DNA from: Auanema rhodensis
Taxonomy: Eukaryota; Animalia; Nematoda
Assembly: GCA_964057225.1 (NCBI GenBank)
Contig: OZ059895.1
Span: 248,001 to 312,000 of the forward strand
DNA: 64,000 nt
Direction of reading: 5' to 3'
In this document: positions 12,401-27,900 of the stretch, piece after piece
Numbering within the stretch: position 1 is the first letter of the stretch
Layout: each line of letters begins with the position of its first letter
Translations under genes and position numbers: made by a program
The notes under the pieces: generated by a model
What the model was told of the DNA's origin: nothing
Databases searched by the model: none
The model's input: the letters and a program-made list of their open reading frames with translations, nothing else

Positions 12401-15400
12401 CGCTAGCTTAAAAATGCACCGAGATATCAACTGATATAAGTTCACACTTATATCCTCGATTTTCACCCTGAAGGAATAATTTTTTCGTTGAATAACATTG
12501 TCCATCGTCTTTGCCTTGAAAAAAGGAATCTAAAAACATCTACTTTTTGCTAAATTATTTTGAAATTTTTCGAAAAAATTTTTGTCAAAATGTTTTTGGA
12601 AGCAATGTTGAGTGTACATGGAAACTCAACATACACTAATGCATCATTTTTCAAACGATCATAACTAATTTTTGTATTAAGCGTTTCTCAATGTAGTATA
12701 GTGCATTCGATGCGGATTTTTAAGCTGCGTCGATCTGTGTTATCAGATTTGCGCTAGCTTAAAAATGCACCGAGATATCAACTGATATAAGTTCACACTT
12801 ATATCCTCGATTTTCACCCTGAAGGAATAATTTTTTCGTTGAATAACATTGTCCATCGTCTTTGCCTTGAAAAAAGGAATCTAAAAACATTTACTTTTTG
12901 CTAAATTATTTTGAAATTTTTCGAAAAAATTTTTGTCAAAATGTTTTTGGAAGCAATGTTGAGTGTACATGGAAACTCAACATACACTAATGCATCATTT
13001 TTCAAACGATCATAACTAATTTTTGTATTAAGCGTTTCTCAATGTAGTATAGTGCATTCGATGCGGATTTTTAAGCTGCGTCGATCTGTGTTATCAGATT
13101 TGCGCTAGCTTAAAAATGCACCGAGATATCAACTGATATAAGTTCACACTTATATCCTCGATTTTCACCCTGAAGAATTAATTTTTTCGTTGAATAACAT
13201 TGTCCATCGTCTTTGCCTTGAAAAATGGAATCTAAAAACATCTACTTTTTGCTAAATTATTTTGAAATTTTTCGAAAAAATTTTTGTCAAAATGTTTTTG
13301 GAAGCATTGTTGAGTGTACATGGAAACTCAACATACACTAATGCATCATTTTTCAAACGATCATAACTAATTTTTGTATTAAGCGTTTCTCAATGTAGTA
13401 TAGTGCATTCGATGCGGATTTTTAAGCTGCGTCGATCTGTGTTATCAGATTTGCGCTAGCTTAAAAATGCACCGAGATATCAACTGATATAAGTTCACAC
13501 TTATATCCTCGATTTTCACCCTGAAGGAATAATTTTTTCGTTGAATAACATTGTCCATCGTCTTTGCCTTGAAAAAAGGAATCTAAAAACATCTACTTTT
13601 TGCTAAATTATTTTGAAATTTTTCGAAAAAATTTTTGTCAAAATGTTTTTGGAAGCATTGTTGAGTGTACATGGAAACTCAACATACACTAATGCATCAT
13701 TTTTCAAACGATCATAACTAATTTTCGTATTAAGCGTTTCTCAATGTAGTATAGTGCATTCGATGCGGATTTTTAAGCTGCGTCGATCTGTGTTATCAGA
13801 TTTGCGCTAGCTTAAAAATGCACCGAGATATCAACTGATATAAGTTCACACTTATATCCTCGATTTTCACCCTGAAGGAATAATTTTTTCGTTGAATAAC
13901 ATTGTCCATCGTCTTTGCCTTGAAAAATGGAATCTAAAAACATCTACTTTTTGCTAAATTATTTTGAAATTTTTCGAAAAAATTTTTGTCAAAATGTTTT
14001 TGGAAGCAATGTTGAGTGTACATGGAAACTCAACATACACTAATGCATCATTTTTCAAACGATCATAACTAATTTTTGTATCAAGCGATTCTCAATGTAG
14101 TTTAGTGCATTCGATGCGGATTTTTAAGCTGCGTCGATCTGTGTTATCAGATTTGCGCTAGCTTAAAAATGCACCGAGATATCAACTGATATAAGTTCAC
14201 ACTTATATCCTCGATTTTCACCCTGAAGGAATAATTTTTTCGTTGAATAACATTGTCCATCGTCTTTGCCTTGAAAAAAGGAATCTAAAAACATCTACTT
14301 TTTGCTAAATTATTTTGAAATTTTTCCAAAAAATTTTTGTCAAAATGTTTTTGGAAGCAATGTTGAGTGTACATGGAAACTCAACATACACTAATGCATC
14401 ATTTTTCAAACGATCATAACTAATTTTTGTATTAAGCGTTTCTCAATGTAGTATAGTGCATTCGATGCGGATTTTTAAGCTGCGTCGATCTGTGTTATCA
14501 GATTTGCGCTAGCTTAAAAATGCACCGAGATATCAACTGATATAAGTTCACACTTATATCCTCGATTTTCACCCTGAAGGAATAATTTTTTCGTTGAATA
14601 ACATTGTCCATCGTCTTTGCCTTGAAAAAAGGAATCTAAAAACATCTACTTTTTGCTAAATTATTTTGAAATTTTTCGAAAAAATTTTTGTCAAAATGTT
14701 TTTGGAAGCATTGTTGAGTGTACATGGAAACTCAACATACACTAATGCATCATTTTTCAAACGATCATAACTAATTTTTGTATTAAGCGTTTCTCAATGT
14801 AGTATAGTGCATTCGATGCGGATTTTTAAGCTGCGTCGATCTGTGTTATCAGATTTGCGCTAGCTTAAAAATGCACCGAGATATCAACTGATATAAGTTC
14901 ACACTTATATCCTCGATTTTCACCCTGAAGGAATAATTTTTTCGTTGAATAACATTGTCCATCGTCTTTGCCTTGAAAAATGGAATCTAAAAACATCTAC
15001 TTTTTGCTAAATTATTTTGAAATTTTTCGAAAAAATTTTTGTCAAAATGTTTTTGGAAGCAATGTTGAGTGTACATGGAAACTCAACATACACTAATGCA
15101 TCATTTTTCAAACGATCATAACTAATTTTTGTATCAAGCGATTCTCAATGTAGTTTAGTGCATTCGATGCGGATTTTTAAGCTGCGTCGATCTGTGTTAT
15201 CAGATTTGCGCTAGCTTAAAAATGCACCGAGATATCAACTGATATAAGTTCACACTTATATCCTCGATTTTCACCCTGAAGGAATAATTTTTTCGTTGAA
15301 TAACATTGTCCATCGTCTTTGCCTTGAAAAAAGGAATCTAAAAACATCTACTTTTTGCTAAATTATTTTGAAATTTTTCGAAAAAATTTTTGTCAAAATG

Positions 15401-17550
15401 TTTTTGGAAGCAATGTTGAGTGTACATGGAAACTCAACATACACTAATGCATCATTTTTCAAACGATCATAACTAATTTTTGTATTAAGCGTTTCTCAAT
15501 GTAGTATAGTGCATTCGATGCGGATTTTTAAGCTGCGTCGATCTGTGTTATCAGATTTGCGCTAGCTTAAAAATGCACCGAGATATCAACTGATATAAGT
15601 TCACACTTATATCCTCGATTTTCACCCTGAAGGAATAATTTTTTCGTTGAATAACATTGTCCATCGTCTTTGCCTTGAAAAAAGAAATCTAAAAACATCT
15701 ACTTTTTGCTAAATTATTTTGAAATTTTTCGAAAAAATTTTTGTCAAAATGTTTTTGGAAGCAATGTTGAGTGTACATGGAAACTCAACATACACTAATG
15801 CATCATTTTTCAAACGATCATAACTAATTTTTGTATTAAGCGTTTCTCAATGTAGTATAGTGCATTCGATGCGGATTTTTAAGCTGCGTCGATCTGTGTT
15901 ATCAGATTTGCGCTAGCTTAAAAATGCACCGAGATATCAACTGATATAAGTTCACACTTATATCCTCGATTTTCACCCTGAAGGAATAATTTTTTCGTTG
16001 AATAACATTGTCCATCGTCTTTGCCTTGAAAAAAGGAATCTAAAAACATTTACTTTTTGCTAAATTATTTTGAAATTTTTCGAAAAAATTTTTGTCAAAA
16101 TGTTTTTGGAAGCAATGTTGAGTGTACATGGAAACTCAACATACACTAATGCATCATTTTTCAAACGATCATAACTAATTTTTGTATTAAGCGTTTCTCA
16201 ATGTAGTATAGTGCATTCGATGCGGATTTTTAAGCTGCGTCGATCTGTGTTATCAGATTTGCGCTAGCTTAAAAATGCACCGAGATATCAACTGATATAA
16301 GTTCACACTTATATCCTCGATTTTCACCCTGAAGAATTAATTTTTTCGTTGAATAACATTGTCCATCGTCTTTGCCTTGAAAAATGGAATCTAAAAACAT
16401 CTACTTTTTGCTAAATTATTTTGAAATTTTTCGAAAAAATTTTTGTCAAAATGTTTTTGGAAGCATTGTTGAGTGTACATGGAAACTCAACATACACTAA
16501 TGCATCATTTTTCAAACGATCATAACTAATTTTTGTATTAAGCGTTTCTCAATGTAGTATAGTGCATTCGATGCGGATTTTTAAGCTGCGTCGATCTGTG
16601 TTATCAGATTTGCGCTAGCTTAAAAATGCACCGAGATATCAACTGATATAAGTTCACACTTATATCCTCGATTTTCACCCTGAAGAATTAATTTTTTCGT
16701 TGAATAACATTGTCCATCGTCTTTGCCTTGAAAAATGGAATCTAAAAACATCTACTTTTTGCTAAATTATTTTGAAATTTTTCGAAAAAATTTTTGTCAA
16801 AATGTTTTTGGAAGCAATGTTGAGTGTACATGGAAACTCAACATACACTAATGCATCATTTTTCAAACGATCATAACTAATTTTTGTATTAAGCGTTTCT
16901 CAATGTAGTATAGTGCATTCGATGCGGATTTTTAAGCTGCGTCGATCTGTGTTATCAGATTTGCGCTAGCTTAAAAATGCACCGAGATATCAACTGATAT
17001 AAGTTCACACTTATATCCTCGATTTTCACCCTGAAGAATTAATTTTTTCGTTGAATAACATTGTCCATCGTCTTTGCCTTGAAAAATGGAATCTAAAAAC
17101 ATCTACTTTTTGCTAAATTATTTTGAAATTTTTCGAAAAAATTTTTGTCAAACTGTTTTTGGAAGCATTGTTGAGTGTACATGGAAACTCAACATACACT
17201 AATGCATCATTTTTCAAACGATCATAACTAATTTTTGTATTAAGCGTTTCTCAATGTAGTATAGTGCATTCGATGCGGATTTTTAAGCTGCGTCGATCTG
17301 TGTTATCAGATTTGCGCTAGCTTAAAAATGCACCGAGATATCAACTGATATAAGTTCACACTTATATCCTCGATTTTCACCCTGAAGGAATAATTTTTTC
17401 GTTGAATAACATTGTCCATCGTCTTTGCCTTGAAAAAAGGAATCTAAAAACATCTACTTTTCGCTAAATTATTTTGAAATTTTTCGAAAAAATTTTTGTC
17501 AAAATGTTTTTGGAAGCATTGTTGAGTGTACATGGAAACTCAACATACAC

Positions 17551-19656
17551 TAATGCATCATTTTTCAAACGATCATAACTAATTTTTGTATTAAGCGTTT
17601 CTCAATGTAGTATAGTGCATTCGATGCGGATTTTTAAGCTGCGTCGATCTGTGTTATCAGATTTGCGCTAGCTTAAAAATGCACCGAGATATCAACTGAT
17701 ATAAGTTCACACTTATATCCTCGATTTTCACCCTGAAGGAATAATTTTTTCGTTGAATAACATTGTCCATCGTCTTTGCCTTGAAAAAAGGAATCTTAAA
17801 ACATCTACTTTTTGCTAAATTATTTTGAAATTTTTCGAAAAAATTTTTGTCAAAATGTTTTTGGAAGCAATGTTGAGTGTACATGGAAACTCAACATACA
17901 CTAATGCATCATTTTTCAAACGATCATAACTAATTTTTGTATTAAGCGTTTCTCAATGTAGTATAGTGCATTCAATGCGGATTTTTAAGCTGCGTCGATC
18001 TGTGTTATCAGATTTGCGCTAGCTTAAAAATGCACCGAGATATCAACTGATATAAGTTCACACTTATATCCTCGATTTTCACCCTGAAGGAATAATTTTT
18101 TCGTTGAATAACATTGTCCATCGTCTTTGCCTTGAAAAAAGGAATCTAAAAACATCTACTTTTTGCTAAATTATTTTGAAATTTTTCGAAAAAATTTTTG
18201 TCAAAATGTTTTTGGAAGCAATGTTGAGTGTACATGGAAACTCAACATACACTAATGCATCATTTTTCAAACGATCATAACTAATTTTTGTATTAAGCGT
18301 TTCTCAATGTAGTATAGTGCATTCGATGCGGATTTTTAAGCTGCGTCGATCTGTGTTATCAGATTTGCGCTAGCTTAAAAATGCACCGAGATATCAACTG
18401 ATATAAGTTCACACTTATATCCTCGATTTTCACCCTGAAGAATTAATTTTTTCGTTGAATAACATTGTCCATCGTCTTTGCCTTGAAAAATGGAATCTAA
18501 AAACATCTACTTTTTGCTAAATTATTTTGAAATTTTTCGAAAAAATTTTTGTCAAAATGTTTTTGGAAGCATTGTTGAGTGTACATGGAAACTCAACATA
18601 CACTAATGCATCATTTTTCAAACGATCATAACTAATTTTTGTATTAAGCGTTTCTCAATGTAGTATAGTGCATTCGATGCGGATTTTTAAGCTGCGTCGA
18701 TCTGTGTTATCAGATTTGCGCTAGCTTAAAAATGCACCGAGATATCAACTGATATAAGTTCACACTTATATCCTCGATTTTCACCCTGAAGGAATAATTT
18801 TTTCGTTGAATAACATTGTCCATCGTCTTTGCCTTGAAAAAAGGAATCTTAAAACATCTACTTTTTGCTAAATTATTTTGAAATTTTTCGAAAAAATTTT
18901 TGTCAAAATGTTTTTGGAAGCAATGTTGAGTGTACATGGAAACTCAACATACACTAATGCATCATTTTTCAAACGATCATAACTAATTTTTGTATTAAGC
19001 GTTTCTCAATGTAGTATAGTGCATTCAATGCGGATTTTTAAGCTGCGTCGATCCGTGTTATCAGATTTGCGCTAGCTTAAAAATGCACCGAGATATCAAC
19101 TGATATAAGTTCACACTTATATCCTCGATTTTCACCCTGAAGGAATAATTTTTTCGTTGAATAACATTGTCCATCGTCTTTGCCTTGAAAAAAGGAATCT
19201 AAAAACATCTACTTTTTGCTAAATTATTTTGAAATTTTTCGAAAAAATTTTTGTCAAAATGTTTTTGGAAGCAATGTTGAGTGTACATGGAAACTCAACA
19301 TACACTAATGCATCATTTTTCAAACGATCATAACTAATTTTTGTATTAAGCGTTTCTCAATGTAGTATAGTGCATTCGATGCGGATTTTTAAGCTGCGTC
19401 GATCTGTGTTATCAGATTTGCGCTAGCTTAAAAATGCACCGAGATATCAACTGATATAAGTTCACACTTATATCCTCGATTTTCACCCTGAAGAATTAAT
19501 TTTTTCGTTGAATAACATTGTCCATCGTCTTTGCCTTGAAAAATGGAATCTAAAAACATCTACTTTTTGCTAAATTATTTTGAAATTTTTCGAAAAAATT
19601 TTTGTCAAAATGTTTTTGGAAGCATTGTTGAGTGTACATGGAAACTCAACATACAC
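17551..19656 (+). repeat. 3-monomer (1053-bp) tandem higher-order duplication
   Basis: GAATCTTAAA at 17797 and 18850, TTCAATGC in the next monomer of each copy, and GAAGAATTA in the third, all 1053 bp apart. Confidence 0.85.
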
Positions 19657-20007
19657 TAATGCATCATTTTTCAAACGATCATAACTAATTTTTGTATTAA
19701 GCGTTTCTCAATGTAGTATAGTGCATTCGATGCGGATTTTTAAGCTGCGTCGATCTGTGTTATCAGATTTGCGCTAGCTTAAAAATGCACCGAGATATCA
19801 ACTGATATAAGTTCACACTTATATCCTCGATTTTCACCCTGAAGAATTAATTTTTTCGTTGAATAACATTGTCCATCGTCTTTGCCTTGAAAAAAGGAAT
19901 CTAAAAACATCTACTTTTTGCTAAATTATTTTGAAATTTTTCGAAAAAATTTTTGTCAAAATGTTTTTGGAAGCATTGTTGAGTGTACATGGAAACTCAA
20001 CATACAC

Positions 20008-23000
20008 TAATGCATCATTTTTCAAACGATCATAACTAATTTTTGTATTAAGCGTTTCTCAATGTAGTATAGTGCATTCGATGCGGATTTTTAAGCTGCG
20101 TCGATCTGTGTTATCAGATTTGCGCTAGCTTAAAAATGCACCGAGATATCAACTGATATAAGTTCACACTTATATCCTCGATTTTCACCCTGAAGGAATA
20201 ATTTTTTCGTTGAATAACATTGTCCATCGTCTTTGCCTTGAAAAAAGGAATCTAAAAACATCTACTTTTTGCTAAATTATTCTGAAATTTTTCGAAAAAA
20301 TTTTTGTCAAAATGTTTTTGGAAGCATTGTTGAGTGTACATGGAAACTCAACATACACTAATGCATCATTTTTCAAACGATCATAACTAATTTTTGTATT
20401 AAGCGTTTCTCAATGTAGTATAGTGCATTCGATGCGGATTTTTAAGCTGCGTCGATCTGTGTTATCAGATTTGCGCTAGCTTAAAAATGCACCGAGATAT
20501 CAACTGATATAAGTTCACACTTATATCCTCGATTTTCACCCTGAAGGAATAATTTTTTCGTTGAATAACATTGTCCATCGTCTTTGCCTTGAAAAAAGGA
20601 ATCTAAAAACATCTACTTTTTGCTAAATTATTTTGAAATTTTTCGAAAAAATTTTTGTCAAAATGTTTTTGGAAGCATTGTTGAGTGTACATGGAAACTC
20701 AACATACACTAATGCATCATTTTTCAAACGATCATAACTAATTTTTGTATTGAGCGTTTCTCAATGTAGTATAGTGCATTCGATGCGGATTTTTAAGCTG
20801 CGTCGATCTGTGTTATCAGATTTGCGCTAGCTTAAAAATGCACCGAGATATCAACTGATATAAGTTCACACTTATATCCTCGATTTTCACCCTGAAGGAA
20901 TAATTTTTTCGTTGAATAACATTGTCCATCGTCTTTGCCTTGAAAAAAGGAATCTAAAAACATCTACTTTTTGCTAAATTATTTTGAAATTTTTCGAAAA
21001 AATTTTTGTCAAAATGTTTTTGGAAGCATTGTTGAGTGTACATGGAAACTCAACATACACTAATGCATCATTTTTCAAACGATCATAACTAATTTTTGTA
21101 TCAAGCGTTTCTCAATGTAGTTTAGTGCATTCGATGCGGATTTTTAAGCTGCGTCGATCTGTGTTATCAGATTTGCGCTAGCTTAAAAATGCACCGCGAT
21201 ATCAACTGATATAAGTTCACACTTATATCCTCGATTTTCACCCTGAAGGAATAATTTTTTCGTTGAATAACATTGTCCATCGTCTTTGCCTTGAAAAATG
21301 GAATCTAAAAACATCTACTTTTTGCTAAATTATTTTGAAATTTTTCGAAAAAATTTTTGTCAAAATGTTTTTGGAAGCAATGTTGAGTGTACATGGAAAC
21401 TCAACATACACTAATGCATCATTTTTCAAACGATCATAACTAACTTTTGTATCAAGCGTTTCTCAATGTAGTGTAGTGCATTCGATGCGGATTTTGAAGC
21501 TGCGTCGATCTGTGTTATCAGATTTGCGCTAGCTTAAAAATGCACCGAGATATCAACTGATATAAGTTCACACTTATATCCTCGATTTTCACCCTGAAGA
21601 ATTAATTTTTTCGTTGAATAACATTGTCCATCGTCTTTGCCTTGAAAAAAGGAATCTAAAAACATCTACTTTTTGCTAAATTATTTTGAAATTTTTCGAA
21701 AAAATTTTTGTCAAAATGTTTTTGGAAGCAATGTTGAGTGTACATGGAAACTCAACATACACTAATGCATCATTTTTCAAACGATCATAACTAACTTTTG
21801 TATCAAGCGTTTCTCAATGTAGTGTAGTGCATTCGATGCGGATTTTGAAGCTGCGTCGATCTGTGTTATCAGATTTGCGCTAGCTTAAAAATGCACCGAG
21901 ATATCAACTGATATAAGTTCACACTTATATCCTCGATTTTCACCCTGAAGAATTAATTTTTTCGTTGAATAACATTGTCCATCGTCTTTGCCTTGAAAAA
22001 TGGAATCTAAAAACATCTACTTTTTGCTAAATTATTTTGAAATTTTTCGAAAAAATTTTTGTCAAAATGTTTTTGGAAGCAATGTTGAGTGTACATGGAA
22101 ACTCAACATACACTAATGCATCATTTTTCAAACGATCATAACTAACTTTTGTATCAAGCGTTTCTCAATGTAGTGTAGTGCATTCGATGCGGATTTTTAA
22201 GCTGCGTCGATCTGTGTTATCAGATTTGCGCTAGCTTAAAAATGCACCGAGATATCAACTGATATAAGTTCACACTTATATCCTCGATTTTCACCCTGAA
22301 GAATTAATTTTTTCGTTGAATAACATTGTCCATCGTCTTTGCCTTGAAAAAAGGAATCTAAAAACATCTACTTTTTGCTAAATTATTTTGAAATTTTTCG
22401 AAAAAATTTTTGTCAAAATGTTTTTGGAAGCATTGTTGAGTGTACATGGAAACTCAACATACACTAATGCATCATTTTTCAAACGATCATAACTAATTTT
22501 TGTATTAAGCGTTTCTCAATGTAGTATAGTGCATTCGATGCGGATTTTTAAGCTGCGTCGATCTGTGTTATCAGATTTGCGCTAGCTTAAAAATGCACCG
22601 AGATATCAACTGATATAAGTTCACACTTATATCCTCGATTTTCACCCTGAAGGAATAATTTTTTCGTTGAATAACATTGTCCATCGTCTTTGCCTTGAAA
22701 AAAGGAATCTAAAAACATCTACTTTTTGCTAAATTATTCTGAAATTTTTCGAAAAAATTTTTGTCAAAATGTTTTTGGAAGCATTGTTGAGTGTACATGG
22801 AAACTCAACATACACTAATGCATCATTTTTCAAACGATCATAACTAATTTTTGTATTAAGCGTTTCTCAATGTAGTATAGTGCATTCGATGCGGATTTTT
22901 AAGCTGCGTCGATCTGTGTTATCAGATTTGCGCTAGCTTAAAAATGCACCGAGATATCAACTGATATAAGTTCACACTTATATCCTCGATTTTCACCCTG

Positions 23001-24921
23001 AAGGAATAATTTTTTCGTTGAATAACATTGTCCATCGTCTTTGCCTTGAAAAAAGGAATCTAAAAACATCTACTTTTTGCTAAATTATTTTGAAATTTTT
23101 CGAAAAAATTTTTGTCAAAATGTTTTTGGAAGCATTGTTGAGTGTACATGGAAACTCAACATACACTAATGCATCATTTTTCAAACGATCATAACTAATT
23201 TTTGTATTGAGCGTTTCTCAATGTAGTATAGTGCATTCGATGCGGATTTTTAAGCTGCGTCGATCTGTGTTATCAGATTTGCGCTAGCTTAAAAATGCAC
23301 CGAGATATCAACTGATATAAGTTCACACTTATATCCTCGATTTTCACCCTGAAGGAATAATTTTTTCGTTGAATAACATTGTCCATCGTCTTTGCCTTGA
23401 AAAAAGGAATCTAAAAACATCTACTTTTTGCTAAATTATTTTGAAATTTTTCGAAAAAATTTTTGTCAAAATGTTTTTGGAAGCATTGTTGAGTGTACAT
23501 GGAAACTCAACATACACTAATGCATCATTTTTCAAACGATCATAACTAATTTTTGTATCAAGCGTTTCTCAATGTAGTTTAGTGCATTCGATGCGGATTT
23601 TTAAGCTGCGTCGATCTGTGTTATCAGATTTGCGCTAGCTTAAAAATGCACCGCGATATCAACTGATATAAGTTCACACTTATATCCTCGATTTTCACCC
23701 TGAAGGAATAATTTTTTCGTTGAATAACATTGTCCATCGTCTTTGCCTTGAAAAAAGGAATCTAAAAACATCTACTTTTTGCTAAATTATTTTGAAATTT
23801 TTCGAAAAAATTTTTGTCAAAATGTTTTTGGAAGCAATGTTGAGTGTACATGGAAACTCAACATACACTAATGCATCATTTTTCAAACGATCATAACTAA
23901 TTTTTGTATCAAGCGTTTCTCAATGTAGTTTAGTGCATTCGATGCGGATTTTTAAGCTGCGTCGATCTGTGTTATCAGATTTGCGCTAGCTTAAAAATGC
24001 ACCGCGATATCAACTGATATAAGTTCACACTTATATCCTCGATTTTCACCCTGAAGGAATAATTTTTTCGTTGAATAACATTGTCCATCGTCTTTGCCTT
24101 GAAAAATGGAATCTAAAAACATCTACTTTTTGCTAAATTATTTTGAAATTTTTCGAAAAAATTTTTGTCAAAATGTTTTTGGAAGCAATGTTGAGTGTAC
24201 ATGGAAACTCAACATACACTAATGCATCATTTTTCAAACGATCATAACTAACTTTTGTATCAAGCGTTTCTCAATGTAGTGTAGTGCATTCGATGCGGAT
24301 TTTGAAGCTGCGTCGATCTGTGTTATCAGATTTGCGCTAGCTTAAAAATGCACCGAGATATCAACTGATATAAGTTCACACTTATATCCTCGATTTTCAC
24401 CCTGAAGAATTAATTTTTTCGTTGAATAACATTGTCCATCGTCTTTGCCTTGAAAAAAGGAATCTAAAAACATCTACTTTTTGCTAAATTATTTTGAAAT
24501 TTTTCGAAAAAATTTTTGTCAAAATGTTTTTGGAAGCAATGTTGAGTGTACATGGAAACTCAACATACACTAATGCATCATTTTTCAAACGATCATAACT
24601 AACTTTTGTATCAAGCGTTTCTCAATGTAGTGTAGTGCATTCGATGCGGATTTTGAAGCTGCGTCGATCTGTGTTATCAGATTTGCGCTAGCTTAAAAAT
24701 GCACCGAGATATCAACTGATATAAGTTCACACTTATATCCTCGATTTTCACCCTGAAGAATTAATTTTTTCGTTGAATAACATTGTCCATCGTCTTTGCC
24801 TTGAAAAAAGGAATCTAAAAACATCTACTTTTTGCTAAATTATTTTGAAATTTTTCGAAAAAATTTTTGTCAAAATGTTTTTGGAAGCATTGTTGAGTGT
24901 ACATGGAAACTCAACATACAC
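20008..24921 (+). repeat. ~7-monomer (2457-bp) higher-order duplication, second copy modified by a monomer gain
   Basis: TTATTCTG (20282/22739), TATTGAG (20752/23209) and CACCGCGAT (21197/23654) recur at 2457 bp. The ATTTTGAAG monomer pairs recur 8 monomers apart because of an extra CACCGCGAT monomer. Confidence 0.8.
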
Positions 24922-27900
24922 TAATGCATCATTTTTCAAACGATCATAACTAATTTTTGTATTGAGCGTTTCTCAATGTAGTATAGTGCATTCGATGCGG
25001 ATTTTTAAGCTGCGTCGATCTGTGTTATCAGATTTGCACTAGCTTAAAAATGCACCGAGATATCAACTGATATAAGTTCACACTTATATCCTCGATTTTC
25101 ACCCTGAAGGAATAATTTTTTCGTTGAATAACATTGTCCATCGTCTTTGCCTTGAAAAAAGGAATCTAAAAACATCTACTTTTTGCTAAATTATTTTGAA
25201 ATTTTTCGAAAAAATTTTTGTCAAAATGTTTTTGGAAGCATTGTTGAGTGTACATGGAAACTCAACATACACTAATGCATCATTTTTCAAACGATTATAA
25301 CTAATTTTTGTATTAAGCGTTTCTCAATGTAGTATAGTGCATTCGATGCGGATTTTTAAGCTGCGTCGATCTGTGTTATCAGATTTGCGCTAGTTTATAA
25401 ATGCACCGAGATATCAACTGATATAAGTTCACACTTATATCCTCGATTTTCACCCTGAAGGAATAATTTTTTCGTTGAATAACATTGTCAATCGTCTTTG
25501 CCTTGAAAAATGGAATCTAAAAACATCTACTTTTTGCTAAATTATTTTGAAATTTTTCGAAAAAATTTTTGTCAAAATGTTTTTGGAAGCATTGTTGAGT
25601 GTACATGGAAACTCAACATACACTAATGCATCATTTTTCAAACGATCATAACTAATTTTTGTATCAAGCGTTTCTCAATGTAGTTTAGTGCATTCGATGC
25701 GGATTTTTAAGCTGCGTCGATCTGTGTTATCAGATTTGCGCTAGCTTAAAAATGCACCGCGATATCAACTGATATAAGTTCACACTTATATCCTCGATTT
25801 TCACCCTGAAGGAATAATTTTTTCGTTGAATAACATTGTCCATCGTCTTTGCCTTGAAAAATGGAATCTAAAAACATCTACTTTTTGCTAAATTATTTTG
25901 AAATTTTTCGAAAAAATTTTTGTCAAAATGTTTTTGGAAGCAATGTTGAGTGTACATGGAAACTCAACATACACTAATGCATCATTTTTCAAACGATCAT
26001 AACTAACTTTTGTATCAAACGTTTCTCAATGTAGTGTAGTGCATTCGATGCGGATTTTTAAGCTGCGTCGATCTGTGTTATCAGATTTGCGCTAGCTTAA
26101 AAATGCACCGAGATATCAACTGATATAAGTTCACACTTATATCCTCGATTTTCACCCTGAAGAATTAATTTTTTCGTTGAATAACATTGTCCATCGTCTT
26201 TGCCTTGAAAAAAGGAATCTAAAAACATCTACTTTTTGCTAAATTATTTTGAAATTTTTCGAAAAAATTTTTGTCAAAATGTTTTTGGAAGCAATGTTGA
26301 GTGTACATGGAAACTCAACATACACTAATGCATCATTTTTCAAACGATCATAACTAACTTTTGTATCAAGCGTTTCTCAATGTAGTGTAGTGCATTCGAT
26401 GCGGATTTTTAAGCTGCGTCGATCTGTGTTATCAGATTTGCGCTAGCTTAAAAATGCACCGAGATATCAACTGATATAATTTCACACTTATATCCTCGAT
26501 TTTCACCCTGAAGAATTAATTTTTTCGTTGAATAACATTGTCCATCGTCTTTGCCTTGAAAAAAGGAATCTAAAAACATCTACTTTTTGCTAAATTATTT
26601 TGAAATTTTTCGAAAAAATTTTTGTCAAAATGTTTTTGGAAGCAATGTTGAGTGTACATGGAAACTCAACATACACTAATGCATCATTTTTCAAACGATC
26701 ATAACTAACTTTTGTATCAAGCGTTTCTCAATGTAGTGTAGTGCATTCGATGCGGATTTTTAAGCTGCGTCGATCTCTGTTATCAGATTTGCGCTAGCTT
26801 AAAAATGCACCGAGATATCAACTGATATAAGTTCACACTTATATCCTCGATTTTCACCCTGAAGAATTAATTTTTTCGTTGAATAACATTGTCCATCGTC
26901 TTTGCCTTGAAAAAAGGAATCTAAAAACATCTACTTTTTGCTAAATTATTTTGAAATTTTTCGAAAAAATTTTTGTCAAAATGTTTTTGGAAGCATTGTT
27001 GAGTGTACATGGAAACTCAACATACACTAATGCATCATTTTTCAAACGATCATAACTAATTTTTGTATTAAGCGTTTCTCAATGTAGTATAGTGCATTCG
27101 ATGCGGATTTTTAAGCTGCGTCGATCTGTGTTATCAGATTTGCGCTAGCTTAAAAATGCACCGCGATATCAACTGATATAAGTTCACACTTATATCCTCG
27201 ATTTTCACCCTGAAGGAATAATTTTTTCGTTGAATAACATTGTCCATCGTCTTTGCCTTGAAAAATGGAATCTAAAAACATCTACTTTTTGCTAAATTAT
27301 TTTGAAATTTTTCGAAAAAATTTTTGTCAAAATGTTTTTGGAAGCAATGTTGAGTGTACATGGAAACTCAACATACACTAATGCATCATTTTTCAAACGA
27401 TCATAACTAACTTTTCTATCAAGCGTTTCTCAATGTAGTGTAGTGCATTCGATGCGGATTTTTAAGCTGCGTCGATCTGTGTTATCAGATTTGCGCTAGC
27501 TTAAAAATGCACCGAGATATCAACTGATATAAGTTCACACTTATATCCTCGATTTTCACCCTGAAGAATTAATTTTTTCGTTGAATAACATTGTCCATCG
27601 TCTTTGCCTTGAAAAAAGGAATCTAAAAACATCTACTTTTTGCTAAATTATTTTGAAATTTTTCGAAAAAATTTTTGTCAAAATGTTTTTGGAAGCATTG
27701 TTGAGTGTACATGGAAACTCAACATACACTAATGCATCATTTTTCAAACGATTATAACTAATTTTTGTATTAAGCGTTTCTCAATCTAGTATAGTGCATT
27801 CGATGCGGATTTTTAAGCTGCGTCGATCTGTGTTATCAGATTTGCGCTAGCTTAAAAATGCACCGAGATATCAACTGATATAAGTTCACACTTATATCCT

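Noticed and set aside
17657-17884. 75-aa minus-strand ORF (MYTQHCFQKH...)
   Set aside because: It lies wholly inside a satellite monomer and exists only because an A>T SNP at 17797 changes the consensus TAG to AAG. Its F/K/N-rich composition reflects A/T tracts, and I recognise no domain.
18710-18937. Second identical 75-aa ORF
   Set aside because: It is a passive copy of the same SNP (18850) made by the 1053-bp duplication, so it is not independent evidence of coding conservation.
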